DNA of 61,915 bases, counting the filler, from Hausera hauseri (lineage: Eukaryota), in NCBI GenBank assembly GCA_046269625.1. It is 11 parts of 11 records of this genome, joined end to end, with 100 filler letters (N's around TTAATTAATTAA, not from the genome) between each part and the next. Parts side by side here need not be neighbours in the genome. Positions count along the whole stretch, not along the records: positions 47,878 to 52,966 come from JBJURY010339936.1; positions 53,067 to 57,261 come from JBJURY010708214.1; positions 57,362 to 61,915 come from JBJURY010463689.1; 8 more parts are not named here. One strand, written 5' to 3'. The position numbers were made by a program, and so were the translations under genes. Within the stretch, counting starts at the first letter, position 1, and each line of letters begins with the position of its first letter. The notes under the pieces are model-generated. The model saw only the letters and a list, made by a program, of their open reading frames with translations, had not been told where the DNA came from and did no database searches. Positions 48,479 to 61,540 of the stretch are shown here, one piece after another.

Positions 48479-49723
48479 CGTGGTGTGCTCAATAAGTAGA
48501 GACTTTTAGAAAGGAGTAAACGAATACAATAAGACTTGATAATTACAATAAACAAGTCATATAGACATTATTTCTCAAAATAATTTCCATATACACCAAC
48601 ACACTTTTCCCAGAGGATGGCAAGTCCTTTGAATACGTTTTTGAAGAATTCCGGTGGTTTTTCCTTCAAGAAGCTCATCACAGTGGCTTTTAAATCTTCC
48701 TTATTGACAAACTGACGACCCCGAAGAAATTTTTTCATGTAATTAAACAAGAAAAATCTGAGGGGACTAAATCCAAACTGTAGGAGGGATGGTGGAGCAA
48801 ATTCAGCCCACAACGCTCAACTGTGGCCATGGAAGCGGTGCTGGTATGGATGGGAGCATTATCGTGTAAATAATATAGATCATACACTTTGTTCTTGTGT
48901 CGCCACTTCCTCGCTTGTTACACGAGAATGGAGTAATAAGAGCTGTTGATGGACACGCCGGATTCCTCAAAGTTAGTCAGGAAAACCCCATTGGCGTACC
49001 AGAACACGGTCAGCATAAAAGCCTTTTGGTGGGAAGTTGAGGACCGTATTTTGCATGAAAAGCTTTCTCATGGCTTTTCTCACTTGCGATTCTCTTTTAG
49101 ATTCCGGGACATACAATAATAATGATGTCTCGTTCATGGTCATGATGTTCTCCAAGAAATGGTCTCCAACACTGGCCATGATTTTCAGATTCTTCAAGAA
49201 GCATTGCAAAAGGCAATATTAAATTGCGGCAGTTAGGAAACGCGGTACAAAACTAGAACACAATTTTCGAATGCCATTTGCAATGAGAAGAGTATGCAAA
49301 GTGCCTTTGCTCACATTTAGATGGGCGGAAAACTTTCTGGTCGTTACTTTTCTATCGTTCTGCAAGGTTGCTTTCAGCTTCTCCGTTATTTTTTCATCAA
49401 TTTAGCAAGGTTTTCCAGGTTTTCGTCATTCACCACTCTAAAAATGGTCGAACCCATAGTAAACTGTTGCTCTGGATGAGCACTCAAGAAGATAAACGGT
49501 TCTCAGTTCAGAAAGAACCTCTTGTCTATTTTTGTTCTTCTGAAAGAGAAAGCGAATAACGCTGCAGTATTGCACAGTTTCGAGTGTCATTTTTAAATAT
49601 GCGCAAAAAATTGACTAAAAAAAGGTGGTTTATTAAAACAAATTACATTTCCATAAGCTATATATACATTATTTTACTATAATTATTTCTATAAGAGTCT
49701 CACTACTTATTGGATACACCACC
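48479..49723 (-). mobile_element. Mariner (DD34D-type) transposon, full-length but decayed
   Basis: Imperfect TIRs GTGGTGT..CAATAAGTAG(TG)AGACT at both ends, TA at 49724-49725; IMTMNET, LHDNAPIH, FFLFNYMKKFLRG, WEKCV..GNYFEK. Confidence 0.88.
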
Positions 49724-49739
49724 TAGAATTGGCAGGCAA

Positions 49740-50125
49740 AGGTTGGAGCGAAAGGCACACCGGTCTAGCGACACAAATTGATGGACCGGTTGCCGGAGTA
49801 ATGGTGACACCCGTATTTGCGGCACCACCACTGCTTCATCAACTTCTGGATTTGGCAATGCTTCAAATGCATCGACTAGTTTTGCTAACGTTACAAAGAC
49901 AACTTCGGACATTGGAAAATTTTCTAATACAGCTACTAGCTTTGGTACAACATCAAATGTAACTGCGAGTTATGGTAGTTCTTCTAATACAGGTACCGGA
50001 TTTGAAAATGCGTTAAATACGACTACGAACTTTTGAAATATATCTTCGGTCATTGTATTGCTTCTATCGGTTTTAGTTGTGCATCAACACGTTTTGTCAC
50101 TTCTTCAAATACTGCATTAGGTTCT
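49740..50125 (+). pseudogene. Ser/Thr/Gly-rich fragment with ~10-aa xFG-like period (FG-nucleoporin-like)
   Basis: TSGFGNASNASTSFANVTKTTSDIGKFSNTATSFGTTSNVTASYGSSSNTGTGFEN. Confidence 0.4.
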
Positions 50126-50459
50126 AGGGAACCTATAGGGAGAAGAGGGGAACAAAATTTTGAATTTGGGTGGAAGTTTTCGTGAAAGTAGGCCCTCAAA
50201 AAAGAAAAAAAGATGCATACCAGTTCGAAGAACTGTATCAGATAATTAGAAAAATTTAGCCGCATTAGTGAGAGTTGAAAAATATAGAAGATGGTAGAGT
50301 AATTGGACGAAGAGTGGAATGGTCGAAAAGAGTGAAAAAGATCATAAAAGAGAGGGGAAAATAATGATTTAAAAATAAACAATGATTAAAATTATTGTAT
50401 ACTTTTAATAAACGGAAAATTTGTTTGAAAATTTGTAATTTATCTACAAAAGTGTCTTC

Positions 50460-51560
50460 AACAAATGGGGTGATTATGAATTTACTGAGTGCCGGAATGA
50501 AGCCGAAGGAAGTAGCGAAAGCCTGTAATATTCACAGAACAACTGTGTCTCGTATCAAAGCCAAATTTTGAGGCAATGGAACAGTACAACTAAAGGAAGG
50601 AAGCGATTTGACTCGGGAAGTACGAATACTCCAGATTATTAATGCTGTTAAGAGTCAAATTTCAAGGAATCCTCTCCAATCACTAAGGAAGATAGCCGAC
50701 CATAAAGGTGAGTGCTACAACAATAAGAAAGGTCGTCAAATAGTATTTCAGGGCCCGATCATTAGCTAGAACTTGTCACCCATTAGTCATTATGACAAAC
50801 AGAATCTAGACTCCAAAGATATCAACAAAGTTTATCATTTTTAAAAAGCAGCAATCAAGTCATTTTGTTCTCAAATGAGAAAATTTTTACCATGGCCAAA
50901 GCTTCAAATTCCCGAAATGACCGATTTATTTGTCATGGTGCCCCAGTGATGTACCAGAACACATCCGACATCAGTTCATGACGAAGCATCCAAGCAGTGT
51001 TATGGCTTTTGTAGCTGTTGCCTCTGATGGTCAGAAAATGCCTCTTGTCTTTATAAAAAATGGCGATCGTCTAAACACAGAAAGCTACATCCACATCTTA
51101 GGTGACCATGTTAAGCCTTGGATTATTAAGACTGACGGTTCAGCTGCCAATGGTGTCTCTACTCAATGTGGTGCGCCATCCTATATATCGAAACGTACCC
51201 GAGGGTGGCTTGCTGATAATTTTACACACTTCTGACCTAAACACGTGGCCTCCTAACTCCCAAAATGTCAACCCTCTTGACTATAGTATTTTGGCGAAAT
51301 TACAGAAGGATGCATGCAGCACGGCACACAACAACATTGCAGCCTTCAAAGCCTCCCTCATTGAAGCTTGGTCAAAAATCCCAAAGGACTATATCCGGAG
51401 AACATGTCGAAGCTTCCGCACCCGAATTTAAAAAGTTATTGAGAGAGAAGACGGACTTTACTTTTTGCTAGTTAATCTTTAAAAATAAATATGCATAATA
51501 TTCGTAATCTAAAAGTTTTCTCTTCATTCAGTAGAATAGGATTTTTGTTGGCGCACCCGG
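50460..51560 (+). mobile_element. Tc1/mariner maT (DD37D-like) transposon, decayed; 3' TIR present
   Basis: HTH region EVAKACNIHRTTVSR; ILFSNEKIF, KHPSSVM, QCGAPSY, WPPNSQNVNPLDY; ends ..GGCGCACCCGG|TA; 5' TIR not found. Confidence 0.82.
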
Positions 51561-51708
51561 TATAACTGATACTAACTGTGAAAATGAAAGTATAATAATA
51601 TTAACAGGTATCATTGAAAATAAACAAAACGCTATATATTTCTGAAAATAAAATTACTTTCTTGCCAACCCAATATTTTAAATGATAATTATTTGTAAAA
51701 AAACATGT

Positions 51709-52960
51709 TCAAACTGATAAATAAATACTACTATTGAATTCCATTTTAACGTCGCACTGTTGATAATAACGTACTTGATCCGCAACGTGACTAATTGTAC
51801 GCACCGTCACTTTTGGCATTCTGGTAATGTTATTCGCCTCATAATCACGAATAAGCTGTACTTTTATGTCAACTCCGTGCTTGTTGAACATTTGGTCAGC
51901 AATCTGAATATTGATATTGGCCAATGTAGTATCAGTAGCGTAATCAAGAATATCCTGCTTGTTTTCCAAAATCGTTGAATCACAATTTTTTATAAATTCA
52001 ACAAGTCTTCTCGAACGTGTTTGGGAAATACATGATATTTAAGGCCAACGTATTATATAGATAATTCAGTTTGAATACATCAGCAATTATGTCATTATAC
52101 CGTCCAAAAAGTAGTGCCTCTGACACAATTCCACAAGATAATAGTAGAACTTCATAACTTTGCATCAATTGATGAAACAATTGTCTTCATTGTTAATGTG
52201 ATTTTTCTATATGATAAAGTTCCATGAGAGTACTGGCTGTTGTAAAATATAATCCAATTTTATCCGAAATATAAAAAAATGGCGCAGCAAAGAAAATAAA
52301 ACTTGGCTTCAAATTTTTTAGCGAGTTCAAAAAATTTATTAGTTTGTTTAAACAACTAAAAATTATTCACATTTATAACATGGTTTAGATCACAAGTCTG
52401 ATACTAAATTCGTCATCGCGAGTATTTACAAAATAAACAATAGTACATATTCGTACAAGAGTTCAAACACGTCTCTTTGAGTCCCTGATGGAATCGCCGT
52501 AAAATATCAGATCCAGCCACTAAATTCTGTTGTTATTGACATCAAGGATAAACTTCCAATTTGTGACATTTTGGAAATAATTTCGTAACGGTTTTATTTT
52601 TGACGATTTTCGGAATTTTTTCAATGTGTAGAATGCTGAAGTTGTAATATTCAATATCAACATTAATTGATGGATAAGGAAAAGCATATATTTGCTCATT
52701 ATCCACAATGGCTGACTGAACTTCCTCGGCATAAAACACTGCTTTGCAGGCAGTTGGTAATTCAATGAAAACCAAACGGCCTCTGGATCCGTTCACGGAG
52801 AAATACGTTACCAATTCCGGAATCATCTGTTTCAATTTATAATAATTACATTTTGAAAGCCCGATATAATTAACGTTCGCAATCTGCGGTTAATGATAAG
52901 ATTTGGTATTTTGTTTCGCTGACGAAAGTTTATAGATTTAGTGATGAATTTAATGGTAGA
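51709..52960 (-). pseudogene. Unidentified decayed coding remnant
   Basis: Co-oriented short ORFs 52542-52835, 51998-52180 and 51709-51969. Confidence 0.3.
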
Positions 52961-52966
52961 TTGTTC

Positions 52967-53066
52967 NNNNNNNNNNNNNNNNNNNNNNNNNNNNNNNNNN
53001 NNNNNNNNNNTTAATTAATTAANNNNNNNNNNNNNNNNNNNNNNNNNNNNNNNNNNNNNNNNNNNN
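52967..53066. other. Artificial contig spacer
   Basis: 44N+TTAATTAATTAA+44N. Confidence 0.97.
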
Positions 53067-53281
53067 GAAATTACCGCAAATACATAAATATAGACAATCT
53101 AGGCCTCCACAATTCTGTATTTATTGAACAAACAAACTAACACAAATATTTTAAGGGCTATTAATCAATAGTTGTTGAAAATATATGCCAGTGCTGCATT
53201 GACACACTTAAACTCTGTTTATAGAATAAACAATAGAATAGAACTGATGTCATCGCCTCATATTGATGAAACGTTTTTCAT

Positions 53282-55665
53282 TAGGGACCTGCGAATCAGG
53301 AACTTTTTTTCGAATCGAATATCGAATCGAATATCAGAAAATATTCGAATTTCGAATCGAATTCGAATCGAATATTCTTGAAAAAACTTGACAACCAACA
53401 AGTGTAAAATAAAACTTCAAATTCAAAATTTTTATTATATTATATTTATTTAATACTGAAACACAAAAAGTTAGCAATAATTAAATTGCAAAGCAGGCCT
53501 TTTAAAAAAGTAGATCTTTATTTATTTTGGCCCAAATCAAAGTTTCAGCATTATTTTCCGAGAGATTGTGACGATGGTCAGTAATAATTTGTCCTCCAAC
53601 TGAATTAACTCTTTCTGAAGAACAATTTGTTGCCTGAATTGCAAGCAAATTCCTAGCTGCTCTGGCCAAAAGTGGAAAAATATTAATACTTTCTTTCCAA
53701 AACTGAAGAGGATCACTGTTTTGATCTACAACTGCTTGCTTTGAATACAAACTGACTTCATCCTTAATTTGCTCAGAAATGGTGGAAATTTTGTTGATTC
53801 TGGTATCTCCTTGAGCATCATGAACTTTCTTGAACATTGAATCCATAAGACTTCCTCTATTCCTGTCTTGAACAAGACTTTCACGTGGCAATTCATCAGA
53901 ATTTTTGCCAATTTTGCTTCCGTCAGAGTTTGCCAATATTGTCTCTACAAATAAGACAGCTTTTTTAGTTTCAGCTTCTGAAAATAAGTAGTGTTTAAAT
54001 CTTGGATCAATGAATGTGGCTGCCAGGAGATGATCCATTGTCAAATCAAATCTTGCTCCAAGTTGTTTCAATAGCTCATCTTGAAATTGTTGGAGACCTG
54101 TTGGTGATTTGGACAATAACTCTTCCTTCAATGTAAAAATGCAAGGATAGATCAAACTTATGCTGACATTGGAATCAGCACTCAAAACTGTTGTTGCTTC
54201 TGCTGTTGGTCTTAGAATTGGAAGAGTAGCTTTCAGAGTATCTTGTAAAGTTTGTGTTAATGGTTTTGGTGGATTTCTTGCACATTTCTTTTTAACACCA
54301 CATTCTACAAGTGCAAGAGATACAGGAACAGAGTTTTGGTCATTCCATTCCAGCAATAATATGTACTATTGAATCTAGTAATAACATCTAATGGAGGCTT
54401 TGATTCCTTCATTCCTTGATCAGTTTGATATTTGGACAACATAGTTTGACCAACAGTTGATGAATGAAAAAAGCCAGCAATCCTGTGAACATGACTGATT
54501 AGGTTCTGAATGATTTTTTGAGCATCTAAAGCAGCATTGATTGAAAGTTGCAAACTGTGAGCAGCACATCCTTGCCAACTTATTCCCAGCTGTCTAGCTG
54601 TACAAGGCATTGTGTTTGTAGTATCTGTAGTGGCATAAAAAACTGAGCTTAATTCAATGCAATATTTCTCCAATTCTCCTCGAATTATTCCATCTGTTGC
54701 TGAAGAGGTGTGATCTGCATTTAGATTTTCCAGGTTTACAACTGACAAGCATCTTGATTTGAGGGTCCAATCTGATTCAGAAATGTAATGAAGAGTGATC
54801 ACAAGATAGTTTGTTTGGTTGTCAGCTTTCCAATGATCAAATGTGATGGAAGGTTTGGAGGTTGCCATGTCTGATCTTAAGTTTGCCTCAAATTGTTCAT
54901 GAAGGACATTGACCATATCATCTAATCTTCGGGAAAGAGTTGTTGGATGTGGTGGATTGTAGCTGCCATTTGTAAAGACAGAGCACAAATTTTTGAATCC
55001 AATTCCTGCAGCACTTTCAAAGGGTCTTCCATCAGCCACAATGAAGTTCAAGACTGCTTTATCATACTTTTTCTTTGTGGAAGAATCCAATGTTTTGACA
55101 AAAAAGGTTGAAATTTTCATGTTTGATTCTTCCAACTTTCGCTTTGATGCTGATGATTTTGATGTTGATGGAGCACAAAGTTGCTTTTCAGCTTTCACTT
55201 TTTCAACTTCCTCTTTTGCTGTGGCATGAATATTAGGATGACTTTTTTCCAGATGAGTCCAAAGATGAGTAGTGGTTCCTGTTTTTTGTACTGACAATTT
55301 TTTGAGCACGTTTTACAGAAAAAGTTTTTGTCAACCTCGTCGAAGTATTTTCGAATTGAAGACATGATGAAGAGCCTAAAAAAAGTAACCAGAAACTCAA
55401 GATTAAAAATTAAAATATAAATTGTTTGAGTAACTGTAGAACTTTCAGCTGATACTGGTTTCATAAGCTGCTTTTTAAACCAGTTAAGTAACATTTTACA
55501 CACCAAAGTACACACCAAAGCCGAGCTTGAACTATTAACAAAAAAGCATTACTTTTTTTGGAAAATATTCGAAGATTCGAAAATTTAAAAATAATTTCGA
55601 ATCGAATTCAAATATTCTTTTTATATTCGAATTCGAATCGAATATCGAATATTCGCAGGTCCCTA
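53282..55665 (-). mobile_element. hAT (Ac/ZBED-like) transposon with perfect 15-bp TIRs
   Basis: TAGGGACCTGCGAAT ... ATTCGCAGGTCCCTA; subterminal TTCGAAT/TCGAAT arrays at both ends. Confidence 0.95.
53502..55365 (-). pseudogene. hAT transposase with two frameshifts
   Basis: BED finger CKTC..HLWTHLEKSH; TFDHW, TTDTT, CAAHSLQL, TRFNSTY; dimerisation domain ATNCSSERVNS. Confidence 0.92.
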
Positions 55666-57261
55666 CTTTAAAGTTTATGTACGCCATGATTGGTTAGTGT
55701 TTCTGGGAATATCCCTGTTAAAATTATATTTACTTCTCTGATTTCTCTTATGATTGTCATGTGCCCAATGATTGGCGGATTTTGTGTTATGTCTTTGATT
55801 ATGGATGTTCTGGTTTTCCCAGATTAAAACGTCAATATCAGTGCATTCTTTGACTCCACTGATATTTCCTATGTTCAGTGTATAGGGTGTGTTGTTCACT
55901 ACTAGGGCGTCTACTAATCCAGTCAAGTAAGGAGACCTGACTGCTACTCTAGCCACGGGGTGGGATTTTATTGTGCCGTCATAGGCTTGGCACTTTCTGG
56001 TTTCCCCTGTGTATTGGTCATCCTTGACGCAGTCCTGTCGGACAAGTACTGTAGTACTACAATTGTCCCGCAGGCAGTTATTTAAAGGTGTGTCATTAAC
56101 TACTGCATCAAAAAATTTAAGTTGGTTGATGTCTGTGATGACACAATATGATTTGTCTACAGTGTCTTGTTGACGGTTGGAGTTGTACACCGTAGTGTTG
56201 CTGTTGGTATGCCTAGGGGTGTTGTGTGACTGGTTGTGTTTGCAGGTATGTAAGTCATGTCCGTAGACTTGACAACCATTACAATAAAGTTTCTGTCGGC
56301 AGTCAGATGCCCAGTGTCCACTGCGTCCACAGTGAAGACAGATGTTATATTTCTTATTTGTTTTGTGTGGTCGTTTGTCTGCTTGTTTACGACGTGTGTT
56401 GTTACTATCTGTTATCTGTCGAGCATAGCAGATGGTTTCGACAGTATCAGGTTTAGTTGTCAGACTTGTGGGTGTCGTCGGGTGTGCGGCTTTGAATTTT
56501 CTAATAAGGTCTACTGTTGCCTCGATTGTTTTGGGACCCCTTTCTAACAGGAATGTCTGTAAGTCTCCTTGACAGGCATGAATGGCCGTGTCAAGTACAA
56601 AAAAGTTTTTAAGCCCTCATATGTGTCTTCCACCTTGGCACAGTCAAACCACTTGCCAAGTGCGGTCGTCATGTGATCAAAGTATGTTTGGGCGTCATCA
56701 AACTGATCCAATTTGGTGTTAAAGTAATTTTGTCTGTAGGTCTCTTCTGTTTTACCGAAGGACCTGAGCAACTGCTCCTTAACCAATTTGTAGTCATTCT
56801 GGTTAAGACAGATTTTAGAGGGGACGTCAGTCGTAAAAGACTTGTTGAGAAGATACGTCCATTTGGTTTCAGGAAAATTGAGCTCTGTCATATCACGCTC
56901 AAATTTCTTCAAAAAATTGTCAATGTCTATTTTTGTCTCATCAAAAATAGTACATTTGTATTGAGCTAGTCTCTTAGTCAAGCTATCTTGTGTGGAAGTG
57001 TTTTCGTCGGTTTGGGTCTCCGGTTTTGATTGTCGGAGTGCTAATTCATGTGCCCTCTGTTTGTCATTTTCGGCATACCGTTTTTCCTCGGCCTCCCTTT
57101 CTAACTTTTTTTCTTGTCTTTGTTTTTCATTTTCTTGGTACCGTTTTTCCTCGGCCTCCCTTTCTAGCTTTTTTTCTTGTCTTTGTTTTTCATTTTCTTC
57201 TATGTGTTGAGTGTATTGTTTTTCCGCCCACGCAGGGATATCTTTTTTTGGGATATTAATT
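55666..57261 (-). mobile_element. Gypsy (Gmr1/SCAN-associated type) gag-protease fragment, truncated at the hAT
   Basis: DIDNFLKKFER..W; knuckles CLHCGRSGHWASDC and CNGCQVYGHDLHTC; protease CLRDNCSTTVLV, SPYLTG, LNIGN. Confidence 0.8.
57076..57199. repeat. 63-bp tandem duplication in the Gag coiled coil
   Basis: ENEKQRQEKKLEREAEEKRY encoded twice. Confidence 0.9.
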
Positions 57262-57361
57262 NNNNNNNNNNNNNNNNNNNNNNNNNNNNNNNNNNNNNNN
57301 NNNNNTTAATTAATTAANNNNNNNNNNNNNNNNNNNNNNNNNNNNNNNNNNNNNNNNNNNN
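57262..57361. other. Artificial contig spacer
   Basis: 44N+TTAATTAATTAA+44N. Confidence 0.97.
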
Positions 57362-57973
57362 GATATTAAGGCTTTCCAAAATGACAATGCCCGGTATATA
57401 ATAAAGGAACTATGCATGATGGATATCTGTGACATGTTCCACCCGCTTGTGTGCGTATTCAAGCCAGATGGTGTGTGGAAAAATCAGACGGAAAAGGTGA
57501 CAATTACCAATTCGTTTCTCTTGCGACATCTTTATGTACTTTATTGGCATGAAGACAATTCAGGCTTTTGTGTAACATGTATAATAAATGACATTTGTGA
57601 TCATTTTGATATTAGCAATACAATGTTTTACGTTAAAGATCAAATTGGTGGTCAAAAGTTTGTACACCTACAATGGCAATTTCCAGAGCTGTGAATGACG
57701 ACGTATGCAACATCGGCGGCGTTGGTTGTACCTAATAATATCCTATGTCCGTATTGTAAACACGGACCGTATTATGCCTACAGAAAATGTTTAGCGCTTT
57801 GTGTATATTGTGTTTCATACAAATAGATGTATGTACGTATGTGTTCCTTTTTCTCTATTGTAAACTATTTCAGTATCAAATTGGTATTATGTTGCGCAAT
57901 TACGTATCAAAGGTTTTCCAATAACAACAAACTAGTATAAATAAAGCTGACACTTTCATTTATTTTAAAAAGT

Positions 57974-58390
57974 ATGAATACCACAACAACCACTTCCTTC
58001 TTCACTTAAAAATTAGGAAATTTCTCAGATTTGAAAACAAGTAGTGATGCAGTAATAGTAGTAACGAGTGATTCATTTATTTTGCAGCAGTACAATTTCT
58101 GTATTAGAATTTATCCGGACGGTGATGGAATCGAAAGAAGTAAGCATTTATCAGTTTTCTTTACACTTGTCAAAAGTGAACATGGTGATTCGTTGCCGTG
58201 GCCGTTTCGCGCAGTGATTTAAATGTCATTACTGAACAAATCGGGCGAGGTTATCTGCTCTGACAAATTGAAAACGGATTTACGATCGGTATATTTCATG
58301 AAACCGAATCCACAAGACAAACCCAACATTGCAAGTGGATTTCGGAAATTTATTCCATTAATAAAATTACAATCACATCCCGGAAAATGA
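57974..58390 (+). pseudogene. Stand-alone TRAF-type MATH domain gene with two in-frame stops
   Basis: YNFCIRIYPDGDG..HLSVFFTLVKSEHGDSLPWPF..SLLN..NIASGFRKFIP; TATAAATA about 40 nt upstream of the ATG. Confidence 0.85.
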
Positions 58391-58872
58391 CATTACGNNN
58401 NNNNNNNNNNNNNNNNNNNNNNNNNNNNNNNNNNNNNNNNNNNNNNNNNNNNNNNNNNNNNNNNNNNNNNNNNNNNNNNNNNNNNNNNNNNNNNNNNNNN
58501 NNNNNNNNNNNNNNNNNNNNNNNNNNNNNNNNACATCAATAAAACAGTTGGAGGCTGCACAAAAATAACTGCTTTTGGCTCTTCTATAGCGATTCTACAA
58601 TTTAAGTACTCGTCAAATGCATGTGATTGCTGCTATGCGTGATTTTGCAGACGAATATTTGTAAATGTGTCAATAAATATCTGTAGTATTATTTCGTCTC
58701 TTTTCTTTTTACTAAGTTTATCTATAAGTTTACCAAAACCCTCATTGATCATTTTCCAGCGCGCACACGTGTGTAATATAAACAAAACAGTTTCAACTGA
58801 CGTGACATGTATATATAGAGGTGAAAATTTCATTTCACTCCGTTTTTCTTTCGCTGCCTCTTCAAAAGAAAA

Positions 58873-59337
58873 ATGAATTCTAGTGAAGCATCCAAATTCA
58901 ATGCTGCTGCTGAAAGTCAGTCACGATACAATCAATATTCAGTCAGACCGTCTTCGTTGTACAATGGCTACAAATTGAACTACCTGCGAACGCCCATTCA
59001 GTTGTCATTGGTGCAACCGGTCAAACTCAAACAGGTGAAATACGGCTTGTTGGGAAAGAAAATCAGCGACAGTAATTTGGACACTATGGAACGTACACTG
59101 AAAAACGTCGACAGTGATTTGGTGTTGTCCAATGATATTCGGGACACATCATCTCTTTTTTCTCAAGGGCAATATGAAAAAGATTATCGGTTCAAATGGT
59201 GACGAACAACAACAGAAGTGACGACGTTGCGATCCGAAGGTGCTAAAGGCTGTCTGACGCTGAAATTAAAAGGCTACAAAGAACTGTGTGGCGCTAAATC
59301 GCCAATGTGGAAATTGGGCAAATTTAATTTGATTTGA
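58873..59337 (+). pseudogene. Small viral-type ORF, possibly an OB-fold ssDNA-binding protein; one internal stop
   Basis: ORF 58873-59202 continues in frame to TGA at 59337; YLRTP..YG and beta-rich C-terminus; converges on polB across an AT-rich tract. Confidence 0.3.
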
Positions 59338-59559
59338 TTTGCCTTTTGTGTTTTATGATTATTAAATTATTGCTTTTACTTTTCTCTTAATTCGTTATTT
59401 TTATTAAATACATTATATAATAATACTTTAAATTAAAAAAACAAAACAAAATACGTGGAACAAATATACATTATCTACAAAATCAAATAACAACAAGTGT
59501 CATAGTTTATAAATTGTATTGGTCTGACTGTCCTGATCTGAGCTGTCTGACTGTGCATA

Positions 59560-61540
59560 TGCTTTACTTTAACCGCCTATGTCCATATACCAAACTATTA
59601 TTTCGCCCTATCCATTTTCGCTTGTCATCGTTGTATGATAGCATACAGCTGGTGCTCCATCGATCGTATGGTCGTTTGAGACACAACAACCTTTCCTTCT
59701 TCTTGTCCATCATAGACACGGCGATAATCACCGTAATTTATTTCCGTCTGTTTCAGCTGGATGCCTTTTGCCGGCATTTTCGGCCTACAGTACGCTAGAA
59801 GATCGGAGCACTTTGGGCGCAAAAATATCCATTTCCTGTATTGAACCCGGCTTTCATTTTTGTCCTTGAAGCAGCCGATCTTTGTTATCGCGCTGTTATA
59901 CAGAAGATTGTTCTGCGGGTAGTTGGACGTGTCCAGTAATCCATTTGACATCATTTGTCTGAGCAGCTGGTCTCAATTGATGTTTTTCAGCTTAAGGAAA
60001 AAGCCGTCTGTGCCACTAACAACGATACTGATCTCACAGCCGTCGAACATTTGCCGGTAACGTGCCAAGTCCAGATACTGGAGCTCGTACATTCGCAACT
60101 TGCTCAGGTCCAATATCATTTGTCCGATGTAACTTGGTCGGTCCAAAACGACTTCTTCCCGGTTTAACAGCTTCTCAACCAATCCATCGGCAATGTGCAT
60201 TGTCCGCCTGAACTGAGCTCTGCTGGTATATATAACCAGTAATTTTTCGCTGTTGCACAGGCGCACATTGAGCCGCTTCTTCAGATTCTCCACTGTTTTC
60301 CCGTAGAGTAAATTGCTTTTAAGCTTGTAATAGTCCTTTTTGAACTTTATACAAGCTGCAGCTTGTTTCTTTAAATTTCCATCAATGTACACCTTGAATA
60401 TCTGCGCCTGATTGAAGCGGACTGCACAATGCAGCTCTGTGACACGTACATCAAGCTTTATGTAAAACTGCAGTAGACGCTAATGAACCGCGTAATTTGA
60501 TTTGGGTTCATGCGTCATGAACAGTTTCTTTACTTTTCAGCCGGGTGGACATTGCCTGATTGGTGCACGGGTAAATTGTCCAGAGCTTATATGGTATCAA
60601 AAAATTAACTTCCATTAGATAGCCGACTGAGCTGCTTTCTGTCCTGTTTGCTACTGGCAGACTGTCCAGCAATGTATCCAATTCTTGTTTGTCCATTATC
60701 CATTTAAATGAACCGTACGGCAAGGGTTGCGAAAGCGGCCAGTCGTACAGGTTATTATATCGATGTACAGCATTGACATTACTGGTTACGTGATGCTTGT
60801 TGACAACTGTCATTCCGCCACGAATACCAACATCAAATAGTTGGTACATTTTCGGGTCTTGCAACAGCTCAATTTCCCTGGCCAGAGACATTAATGTCGA
60901 TGCCCAACTCATCCCCGGTATAGAGTAAAAGTTTAGCAGCTCCAGCCTATCTTACGCCAACGTCATAGCACGAAATGTCTAAAACACATCGGCTAACAAA
61001 TACACGTCCAGTTTCAGGTACTGGAGCATATACTCCAACATGTTTCTGCAGCCCAGCTCTGTCCACGTTTCCTGTGCTCTGTGGTACTCGTCCTCTGTGA
61101 TTCCGGCTCACTGTGGCGGCAATTCATCTGTTGTCTAAAGCCGCTCGTACGACACAGTAAAGTTAAATGGGATTATGCCTTTCCTGCGTGCAATATGCGC
61201 AGGGAACTGTGTCAGTGTTATCGGTACATCCGGCAAGGCACTTACGAGCTTTCATAGAGACTCACTGAGGAACTGCAATGAGTCAAGAAACCGTACCTGG
61301 AACCGGTTTATGCGTGCCAATAGGGACACGTACTTCTCCATCGTTATTGGAATTATGGATAGTTCACAGTGTGGAAATCCGTTTATGGCCAATTTCAGTA
61401 TATGATGACAATCATAACCTCGGAAATTATGAAAGATCACCGATAGGAATGGCCGCACACGCCTAGCTAAATTGCATGAATTACATGCTTCTCCCAAGTA
61501 TCGACCGGTAAAATGGTTGTGACCCGGTACGAGTCATTTA
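59560..61540 (-). mobile_element. Polinton/adintovirus-type protein-primed DNA polymerase B, decayed
   Basis: Endonuclease VII-like TGRYLGEACNSCNL; exo FHNFRGYD, RFLDS, YLKLDVYLLADVF; GIRGG, NNLY..SQPLP, KLKSNLLYGKTVEN, GTDG (DTDS), IGCFKD. Confidence 0.9.

Noticed and set aside
4397-57361. Recurring TTAATTAATTAA palindrome inside N runs
   Set aside because: Fixed 44N-12-44N format with six-frame stops: an assembly linker, not biology; no cross-contig gene order can be inferred
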